From the NCBI RefSeq assembly GCF_006345805.1, contig NW_021825087.1:1-16803 (forward strand): DNA of 16,803 bases. Reading direction: 5' to 3'. The DNA is from Octopus sinensis (lineage: Eukaryota). Under the pieces are notes generated by a model. That model made no database searches, was not told the DNA's origin, and was given only the letters and a program-made list of their open reading frames with translations. The first letter of the stretch is position 1. Each line of letters opens with the position of its first letter. The position numbers and the translations under genes were made by a program. This document shows, one piece after another, positions 8,807 through 16,803 of this stretch.

Positions 8807-9458
8807 CTTAGGTATTGTGAGACCAATAACCCGGTGTAGAACTCAATATATGTATGTTTCAGAACGAAGTGGTGGCAAAGTGGGAAGCATTCCGTCGGTT
8901 ACGACGACGAGGGTTCCGGTTGATCCGAATCAACGGAACAGCCTGCTCGTGAAATTTACGTGTAAGTGGCTGAGCACTCCACAGACACGTGTACCCTTAA
9001 CGTAGTTCTCGGGGATATTCAGCGTGAACAGAGAGTGACAAAGCTGGCCCTTTGAAATACAGGTACAACAGAAACAGGAAGTAAGAGTGGAGAAAGTTGT
9101 GGTGAAAGAGTACAGCAGGGATCACCACCATCCCCTGCCGGAGCATCGTGGAGCTTTAGGTGTTTTCGCTCAATAAACACTCACAACACCCGGTCTGGGA
9201 ATTGAAACCGCGATCCTATGACCGCGAGTCCGCTGCCCTAACCACTGGGCCATTGCGCCTCCGGTGGCAACGTATTGAGCAGGAATAAGAAAGAGGGATG
9301 ACAAAGAAAATACATAATTATCTTATGAACTTCATTAGCTTGGAGCTCTTTCTGTCATAGTATGTAGTGAATTCATATTTGAGTACCAAAATACTCATCA
9401 TTTAGTTCCTTTGTCATTAGCCAATTACCACTCTATACTCGGGCAACACTTGTTTCTG
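8807..9458. repeat. About 270-bp local duplication, copy 1 (contains SINE B insertion)
   Basis: 8807-8881 plus 9274-9458 align with 11371-11636. Confidence 0.88.
8882..9262 (-). mobile_element. SINE family B, full length, about 11-bp TSD
   Basis: Reverse complement of 14666-15050. TSD ggtggcaaagt (8871-8881) / ggtggcaacgt (9263-9273). The empty site is visible in the paralog near 11436. Confidence 0.95.
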
Positions 9459-9787
9459 TTCTAATATATTATATATATATATTATATATATAATATAATA
9501 TATAATATATATATATATATATATAAATATTGGGGAGTATACTCCAAACGTATAGGGAAAAATTCAATTTAGTATTAAAATCAAATGTCACAATATAAAT
9601 ATATAAAATATAAATTAGAGGAAAACCACTATTATGCAATTCAAACAATGATAGACATAAAGCAAATCATAAATAAAAAGAGAAAATACACACACACACA
9701 CACATACATATATATATATAGTGGCTGCCCCCTCGTTATCGAGTATGGCCATTGCACGAAGCTTAATCAATGCTGTTGCTTACTGAG

Positions 9788-9985
9788 TGGGGAAACCTGA
9801 ACGAGAGGATTTACGCCAACAAACCGGAGACCCTAGTGCAACTGAAGGAGAACATCAATCAGGAAATCAGAGAAATAGGGTCTGAAATACTTAAGGGAGT
9901 TATAGTGCAAGTTTTGAAAAGATCACGGGTGTGTAAACCGAAAATAGCTGTCGTTTAAGTGATGCCATTTTTCATATGTAATGTA
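9788..9985 (+). pseudogene. Tc1/mariner-superfamily transposase C-terminal relic
   Basis: WGNLNERIYANKPETLVQLKENINQEIREIGSEILKGVIVQVLKRSRVC, then frameshifted ENSCRLSDAIFHM*. It fits the WG.LK..VY.NKP.TL..LK.NI..EI consensus, from memory. Confidence 0.8.
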
Positions 9986-10480
9986 GTGGTTAGTTAGGTA
10001 GTTGGTTAGTTAAATTTTTGGCTCAAAAAGCAAAAGCAAGGCCATGTAGGGGACATGGGGTTATGTACAGGGTGGTGTTCATGTAAAGAGTTCAGGCCAC
10101 TTGAGGTGAAGGGAGACTTTGAACAAAGCGGTCGTCGGCATCTTCACCATCTCGTCTGGCAGCTTGTTCCACGGATCCGCAACCCGGACGGAGAAAGCTC
10201 CTCTCCTTCGATTGAGATGAAATCGTCGCAGGTAGAGCTTTTCGGAATGACCCCGCAGCCGACGTTCTGGAGCAGGAGTGAAGAACAGCTCTTTCGAGAG
10301 GTTACACTTTCCGCTTATGATGTTGTGAGCGAGAATGAGATCACCACGGCGTCGTCGTTTTTCTAGAGAATAAAGGTCGAGCGTCCTCAGCCTTTCTTCA
10401 TAAGACAAGTTCTTGAGACCAAGAACCAAGCGGGTAGCCAGCTTCTGGACTCTTTCGAGTGGTGTTGCAAACTTTGACTT
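9986..10480 (-). mobile_element. 5'-truncated CR1/L2-type LINE (ORF2 C-terminus, 3' UTR, (CTAA)-like tail)
   Basis: LERVQKLATRLVLGLKNLSYEERLRTLDLYSLEKRRRRGDLILAHNII...RGHSEKL...FSVRVADPWNKLP is the classic CR1 ORF2 tail. Stop at 10079-10081; degenerate taac repeat at about 9986-10012; possible 5-bp TSD atgta at 9981-9985 and 10481-10485. Confidence 0.93.
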
Positions 10481-10502
10481 ATGTATATTAATTTTCATTA
10501 TA

Positions 10503-10869
10503 TCTTTATATATAAAAGTGAAGTTGTGTGTCTGTCTCCTATGATTTAGATTCCTAACTACTCCCACATTTTGCGGTGCAGTGTAACCAAAAGCGGGTAT
10601 CTTATAGTCGTGATTCATATCGAGCCCTTCTGGGTAAAAGCGCGCGTCTACGATGAGTCTACGATTAAAAAGAAACATTACCATCATTTTTTCCCATTTT
10701 TAATGCATTTATTTTGCTATTATATAAGGGAAGTAACTCTCTAAAATGTATTATTAAATCTCAGAACGTAAAAAGCTACAGTAACACCCCCCGTTGTGGT
10801 TAGCCATATTGAGATGCTTATATAGTTATTTCCCTTACAAAATCGAGTAATGCCGGGCGATATTGCTAG
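10503..10869 (+). mobile_element. Non-autonomous Helitron, 5' type 1 (second copy)
   Basis: A|TC...CTAG|T. Highly similar to 8080-8473, with a 28-bp deletion at an atg microhomology and a decayed 3' hairpin. Confidence 0.92.
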
Positions 10870-10965
10870 TCCTTAATAATGTATTAAAAGTTCATGCCTT
10901 TATTTGTAAAGTTAAGGAAGTTATTAGAAATCGAAACCCTTCAGTGACTTTTGCGACACTCTGTA
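10870..10965 (+). mobile_element. Probable 3' UTR and right terminal inverted repeat of the Tc1/mariner relic
   Basis: Ends gacttttgcgacactctg|TA. The reverse complement TA-CAGAGTGTCGCAAAAGTC resembles CAGGGTGTCCCAAAA-type Tc1/mariner termini. Confidence 0.6.
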
Positions 10966-11169
10966 TAACCACTTTGTAAGTACAGTACATACAGACATGC
11001 GCAGATACGGTTGAATAGACAGACACGCATACCACTCGAAGGGGAAAGGGGGTGAGAGATGTTTCACAGCAAAACATATTAATATATCTACACACACATA
11101 CATGCACACTTGCACTCAAAAGCACATTCATACACACATTCACACTCACATACACAGACACATACACAC

Positions 11170-11316
11170 CAGGGCCGGACACAAGAGGGGTGGTGCCCGA
11201 GGTGTACGTGCGTGCACCATCAAGAAAGGAAGTGCGCTCTTCTAAATAATTTTCTCCTGGAGCTGTATTCCCTAATGACCTTGTACCTTTCCTTCGAAAA
11301 ATTCCTGGGACCGCGC

Positions 11317-11319
<3 letters not shown>
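11170..11319. mobile_element. Possible 150-bp MITE-like element
   Basis: GC-rich island in CA repeats. Ends cagggccgga / tccgcgcctg-like are imperfect inverted repeats of CAGGGGCGGA type. The TSD is unresolvable in the microsatellite. Confidence 0.35.

Positions 11320-11365
<46 letters not shown>
11320..11365. repeat. (CA)n microsatellite
   Basis: Direct reading. Confidence 0.97.
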
Positions 11366-11366
<1 letters not shown>

Positions 11367-11370
11367 TTTA

Positions 11371-11636
11371 CTTAGGTATTATGAGACCAATAACCCGGTG
11401 TAGAACTCAATATATGCATGTTTCTGAACGAAGTGGTGGCGGAGTATGGAGCAGGGATAAGAAAGAGGGATGACAAAAGAAATAAATAATTATCTTACGA
11501 ACTTCGTTAGCTTAGATCTGTTTCTGCTATAGTATGCAGTGGATTGATAGTTGAGTGCCTGAATAACCATAATTTATTTCCTTTGTCACCAGTCTTTCTT
11601 ATTACCACAGTATACTCGGCCAACACTTCTTTCTGA
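11371..11636. repeat. About 270-bp local duplication, copy 2 (no SINE)
   Basis: Aligns with 8807-9458 after removing SINE B. Confidence 0.88.
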
Positions 11637-11742
11637 AATATATATATAGGGGGGAGAGTTTACAAACGAAACAAAAGACGAAGCCAGGTGGTGTAGAAAA
11701 CAAACAAATGTATTAGTATAACGCTCAGGAATTGAAAAAAGT

Positions 11743-11772
11743 CTTTTACGTTTCGAGCCTACGCTCTTCTAC

Positions 11773-11778
<6 letters not shown>
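11743..11778 (-). ncRNA. Degenerate minimal hammerhead-ribozyme-like motif, possibly a Penelope-like element remnant
   Basis: Minus strand CUUU-CUGUAGA-A-GAGC-GUAG-GCUC-GAAA-CGUA-AAAG: stem I, near-core, stem II, GAAA and a GUA site. The core deviates from CUGAnGA. Confidence 0.45.

Positions 11779-11779
<1 letters not shown>

Positions 11780-11845
<66 letters not shown>
11780..11845. repeat. (TA)n microsatellite
   Basis: Direct reading. Confidence 0.97.
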
Positions 11846-12074
11846 AATTTATTATAGTGACATATTACTCAACGCACTCACTGATTGGTTTCCACTCGTT
11901 TACTTATATATTTTCACAAAATTTTTTGTTGCGTCTTGCAACCTTCTAAATAGTCGTTGAGGCTGTCCGTTGAAATTAATAAGGCACTAAAAGAGAATGG
12001 CTCTCCAGACACAATAAAATATAATTCAGCTCACGAATTCGCAAAAAGAATCTTGTAAACCAAATACCAAAACG

Positions 12075-12243
<169 letters not shown>

Positions 12244-12793
12244 TTGTTGTACAAGATTTTTTACCTGAAGTCGTGTGTTGAAACAGATATTGTTATATTT
12301 TGGAATGGTCATTTTGCCAGTTTAGCCAATAAAAACACACGCACTATATATTTGGTGTTATTTTGCTTCAGTGTTATTTATTTTTTACATTAATCTTAAT
12401 CTTATTTCGGCAAGAGTTCTTTCGTCACACTCCTGTGACCGCATCAGTGGTCCTTTGTTTTCTTCTTTCTTATTTGTGTCTCTCCTTACTAGCCGTCAGC
12501 CATTTTGTATTTCTATTGTATGTCTTCATTTGCGCATGCATATATCTCTATGTGCGTCTATGTTCATTTAGTGTGTGTGTGTGGGGGGATGCTTGTAATA
12601 TTTGTATCTTCTGTTTATATACGTTCATGTAATTTGTTTTTGTTGTTGTTGTTTTTGTTTATTCTTATTTTGTTCATGTACCAACACGCCGAACAGAAAC
12701 ACGGGGCATCAATCAACAACATAGAAATTAAAATATTGTCCACACATAGAACAGATGCAACAATCAGACAAATTACAGAAGCTACACACATAA

Positions 12794-12888
12794 TAGAAGA
12801 CACTTGGCCAAGATGCCACGCAGTGGGACTGAACCCGGGACCATGTGGTTGGTAAGCAAGATATTTACCACACAGCCACTCCTTCGTT
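12794..12888 (-). mobile_element. SINE family A head only
   Basis: Minus strand ggagtggctgtgtggtaaa...ccgggttcagtcccactgcgtggcatcttggccaagtgtcttcta; homology stops after about 95 bp. Confidence 0.88.
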
Positions 12889-13436
12889 AATAATTTCAAC
12901 GAGCAGTAATCTCGCTGAAATATTTGATACGCTATGGACGTAACAATATGGCGCATTATTAGTTTCATCAATTCGTGCGTGTACGGACGAGAACTCTGTG
13001 TTTAAGTATCCTAAAACATCGTCAGCGAAACAGTTTTCTCCGCCCTTTGGAAAACAAAGAATCACTATATTGATGCAGAGTTGTAGAATAATTTGCAATG
13101 ATTAGCACTCTCATTGACAGGATTTACGCAGAGAAATCATGCAGTAATGTTAGTACGATCATAGTTAATGCTCTCATCTAATCTAATTAATTGATATTTA
13201 CATATTAATGAACTGAATCCATTAAGCCAGATTATAAGTATAGTTTGCGAATGCCTAGATTTGAGGCTAAACAATATACCATCTTATTTTACATTTTATA
13301 CGTAGAGTGAAAATATGCAATACTGGAATCAAAACTTTGACGCAGTGCATTCGTTGTTATCTAAATTCTATTGAACTCCATCTCCTTCTGTTCTGTGAAA
13401 ATGCTTTTTTTTTTATGATAGTTGACAACTACCATA

Positions 13437-14190
13437 GGCGCAGGCGTGGCTGCGTGGTAAGAAGCTTGCTTCTCAACCACATGGTTCCGCGTTCAGTTCC
13501 ACTGCGTGGCACCTTGGGCTAATGTCATCTACTAAAGACTTGTGAGTGGATTTGTTGGACGGAAACCGAAAGAACCCCGTCGTGTGTGTATGCATGTATA
13601 CATATATATATATATGTATATATATGTAATATGTATATATATTCTGTACGTGTATACTGAACTTTTTTAATAATTCCTCCTGGAAATTATCTTGAGATGT
13701 ATAATATATTTGTGGTAATCTTTTGTGCCCATTATTTCAATGAGCTTGTTAAACATTTTTATATTCTCAACATACTCTTGTCACCAAAGAATGTATATTC
13801 ATATGGATTGTAGTACTCTGTGTCAACCAATATTCTGTGCATGTTTGAATATACAGATACAATACCAATATCAATTCCTTCTGGAAACTATCTTAAGCGT
13901 ATCCCTGAGAACGATTATTTATGTAGTAATCTTTTGTGCCCAATATTTTAAGGAACTTGTTGAAATTTTTTATGTCCTTAACATGTCCCTGTTACCAAAG
14001 ACTGTATATATGTAATGTAGCAATTTGCAACAACCAATAATTAACGCAACCAAACTTCTACATGTTACTTTTGACAATCTTTTTCCAAAGAGTGAAACCG
14101 GTAAAGTAAATAAATATCTTTTAAATTGCATTTTCAAACCTTCTTTCGTATATAATTCCACTCGTGCGGTACCCCACAACTCCACTTTGT

Positions 14191-14243
<53 letters not shown>

Positions 14244-14432
14244 GTATGTGTGTGTCTATTTGTGGCCCCATCATCGCTTGAAAACCGATGTTGGTGTGTT
14301 TACGCCCCCGATGGAATAAGTACTAGGCTTACATAGAATAAGTCCTGGGATCGAACCGTTCGACTAAAGGCGGTACTCCAGCATGGCCGCAGTCAAATGA
14401 CTGAAACAAATGTAAGAATAAACTAACTTGTA
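13437..14432 (+). mobile_element. SINE family A split by about 550 bp of foreign sequence; 11-bp TSD around the whole unit
   Basis: 5' half 13437-13582, 3' half about 14215-14432. TSD ttgacaactac at 13422-13432 and 14433-14443. Confidence 0.88.
13672..14010. repeat. Diverged tandem duplication (period about 201-211 bp) inside the SINE insert
   Basis: aattcct at 13672/13873; gtaatcttttgtgccca at 13715/13926; ccaaaga at 13784/13995. Confidence 0.85.
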
Positions 14433-14459
14433 TTGACAACTACTAAATCATTGTACACA

Positions 14460-14528
14460 TCTCTCTCTCTCTCTCTCTCTCTCTGTTTCTCTCTGTTTCT
14501 CTCTCCTTCTCGCTCTCTCACTCTCTCT
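14460..14528. repeat. (CT)n microsatellite
   Basis: Direct reading. Confidence 0.9.
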
Positions 14529-14665
14529 GAAGATGTTTTTGAACATATTTCATTTTATGTTCATGAAGAAAGGGAGATCGAATTAATTTAACGCATTTTA
14601 ATGCTTCTTTCTTTGTCAGGTAAGCGTATTTCTTGTGAGAAGTAAATGGTTTATATCAATCGGGT

Positions 14666-15050
14666 GTGGAGGCGCAATGGCCCAGTGGTTAGGGCAGCAG
14701 ACTCGCGGTCATAGGATCGCGGTTTCGATTCCCAGACCGGGCGTTGTGAATATTTATTGAGCGAAAACACCTAAAAGTTCCACGAGGCTCCGGCAGGGGA
14801 TGGTGGTGATCCCTGCTGTACTCTTTCACCACAACTTTCTCTCACTCTTACTTCCTGTTTCTGTTGTACATTGTATTTCAAGGGCCGGCCTTGTCACTCT
14901 CTGTGTCACGCTGAATATCCCCGAGAACTACGTTAAGGGTACACGTGTCTGTGGAGTGCTCAGCCACTTACACGTTAATTTCACGAGCAGGCTGTTCCGT
15001 TGATTCGGATCAACCGGAACCCTCGTCGACGTAACCGACGGAGTGCTTCC
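14666..15050 (+). mobile_element. SINE family B, full length, 13-bp TSD
   Basis: A-box tggcccagtgg, B-box ggtttcgattcc, tail ccctcgtcgacgtaaccgacggag. TSD atatcaatcgggt at 14653-14665 and 15051-15063. Confidence 0.96.
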
Positions 15051-15134
15051 ATATCAATCGGGTTCAATTAATACATTTTAATATCTCTCTCTCTATAGTT
15101 TAATGTCTCTCTACATTTTAACTTTCCTCTTCTT

Positions 15135-15140
15135 TTCTTT

Positions 15141-15184
<44 letters not shown>

Positions 15185-15208
15185 TCGTTCTTTCTTTCTT
15201 TCTTTCTT
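15135..15208. repeat. (TTTC)n microsatellite
   Basis: Direct reading. Confidence 0.95.
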
Positions 15209-15283
15209 TTTGCGTGCTTGTTTGCCGCCAGTGGCAAAACGCAGTAACGCTAAAACAGCTATCACCAAAACGGATTCAACGCT

Positions 15284-15312
15284 CAAGCGCCCAAGCGCCC
15301 AAGCGCCCAAGC
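15284..15312. repeat. 8-bp tandem repeat (caagcgcc) x3.6
   Basis: Direct reading. Confidence 0.9.
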
Positions 15313-15809
15313 AGACATGTCAAATCACTAGCGTCCATAAAACCGCGCCTAGTCAGCCCATCCACTTCTGTCCAGTATACCGAAGACTCAGCAAAAACAT
15401 AGACTGAGATTATTTTACACGTACTTCCATTCATACACTTGTGTCTCAGTATATGAGGCAGAGAAATGCAAGGGTGATGGTCAGAGACAATGGAAGCTAT
15501 GTAGATCCATGGCTTGGCGCCACTTTTGTATAAAAAATGGGCGGGTGGTTAAAACTGAGATAAAGAGAGAACATATGATCAGGGTAGAGTCAAATGGACT
15601 CGCTAAAGAGTTATGTCGCATTTGTACCTTATTAAGGGTGCCGCCAATATAAAAGATATAAGAATAATTGGCTACGATAAACGGCCCAAATGCTAAATAA
15701 TTCGTAGTAAAAACATTTCAGAGCTTTTTGCACTGGATAATTGGAAAAAACTAGGCAAGAAAACGAGGAATGAAATTAAAGCAACGGAGATCAGCTGAAG
15801 CAGCAAGTG

Positions 15810-16197
15810 GAGGCGCAATGGCCCAATGGTTAGGGCAGCGGACTCGCGGTCGGAGGATCGCGGTTTCGATTCCCAGACCGGACGTTGTGTGTGTTTATTG
15901 AGCGAAGACACTTAAAGCTCCACGAGGCTCCGGCAGTGGGTGGTGGCGACCCCTGTTGTACTATTTCGCTCCAACCTTCTCTCACTCTTTCTTCCTGTTT
16001 CTTATCCCCGACTTCCTACGCAACCGCTGAGCCTGGATGCGCATTCATCCATCCGTCGAAACTCTCGGTGTCGGGGGTTGACCTGCTTTCTCTTCTGCGG
16101 GTCTTACGAATAGCAAAGGACCACGTTTCGGACTTCTCCCACTAGGGACGAAGACCGCTTCGCTCAACAAACAAATAAAACAAAACAGCCACAGCCA
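15810..16197 (+). mobile_element. SINE family B2 (B head and body with an unrelated tail), about 18-bp TSD
   Basis: Follows B to cttcctgtttct (16002), then a different 160-bp tail and a CAA-rich end. TSD cagctgaagcagcaagtg (15792-15809) / cagctgctgcagcaagtg (16198-16215). Confidence 0.92.
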
Positions 16198-16472
16198 CAG
16201 CTGCTGCAGCAAGTGTGACAAGCTCAATCTTTCAGAGAACAATTCATAATTACTCTGGGTGTTGTGGAGAGGAATATCTCGTGATCAGCACCAGAAACAA
16301 GCGAGTAGAGACTTTGTTCACTAAAGGTAGCGACCAGTAGCATCAGCTCAGCTTAGAGTGAGAAATAGTTGTAAAGGAAAGTGCCAAAATTGTGAAAGGA
16401 AATATAAATGGAAAAGAGAAATAATTTAACAGAAACCTAATAAAATGGGCAAAGAGGAACAACCATCTCAAA

Positions 16473-16803
16473 ACAAGGCCAACAATTTCGACCCTAGTGC
16501 TCATGTGGTACTTATTTTATCGACCCTGAAAGGATGAAAGGCAAAGTCGGCCTCGGCGGAATTTGAACTTAGAACTTAAAGACGGACGAAATGCTGCTAA
16601 GCATTTTGCCTGGCGTGCTAACGATTCTTTTTTCTTTACTGCCCACAAGGAGTCACACACAGAGGGGACAAACAACGACAGACAAACGGATTAAGTCGAT
16701 TACATCGACCCCCAGTGCGTAACTGGTACTTATTTAATCGACCCCGAAAGGATGAAAGGCAAAGTCGACCTCGGAGGAATTCGAACTCAAAACGTAGCGG
16801 CAG
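16473..16803 (-). mobile_element. SINE family C tandem pair (cut by window edge)
   Basis: Minus strand: C body and tail (16803-16628) joined to gaatcgttagcacg... of a more diverged unit ending ttgttggccttg (16627-16473). Confidence 0.9.

Noticed and set aside
10079-10687. 202-aa ORF as an intact gene
   Set aside because: The N-terminal about 70 aa come from antisense Helitron DNA; only the C-terminal part is a truncated CR1 ORF2.
8080-11636. One large 2.4-kb tandem duplication (Helitron plus the 270-bp segment, twice)
   Set aside because: The sequences between Helitron and segment (8474-8806 vs 10870-11370) and the Helitron insertion flanks are unrelated.
12633-12888. A new SINE made of an A head, a novel body and a (CAA)n tail
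   Set aside because: The tail has its own 9-bp TSD, and no convincing TSD spans the whole unit.
12865-13098. FADD motif in a minus-strand ORF as a reverse-transcriptase active site
   Set aside because: No other RT motifs nearby; a 4-residue match is expected by chance.
15600-16470. Old RTE-like coding relic around SINE B2
   Set aside because: Only faint motif resemblance with many stops; not supportable without a profile search.

Overview
Eukaryotic non-coding DNA (intronic or intergenic) made almost entirely of transposable-element copies, TE relics and microsatellites. The SINE families and microsatellite load resemble octopus (coleoid cephalopod) genomes; this is recognition from memory, not a database result. 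No host gene can be supported, and nearly all ORFs in the track are microsatellite read-throughs. Supported content: (i) about 12 tRNA-headed SINE copies or fragments, labelled here A, B, B2, C and D, several with target-site duplications (TSDs) and built from swappable modules; (ii) three complete non-autonomous Helitrons (TC...hairpin-CTAG, A|T target) plus one fragment; (iii) 3' fragments of an RTE LINE and a CR1-type LINE; (iv) relics of a Chapaev/CMC-like and a Tc1/mariner-type transposase, each interrupted by younger elements; (v) unexplained structures: a near-perfect 150-bp palindrome with a G-quadruplex motif, a 76-nt pre-miRNA-sized hairpin, a degenerate minimal hammerhead motif, a TSD-flanked SINE holding about 550 bp of foreign sequence, and two local direct duplications. 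All alignments were done by eye; coordinates are approximate where no TSD fixes them.
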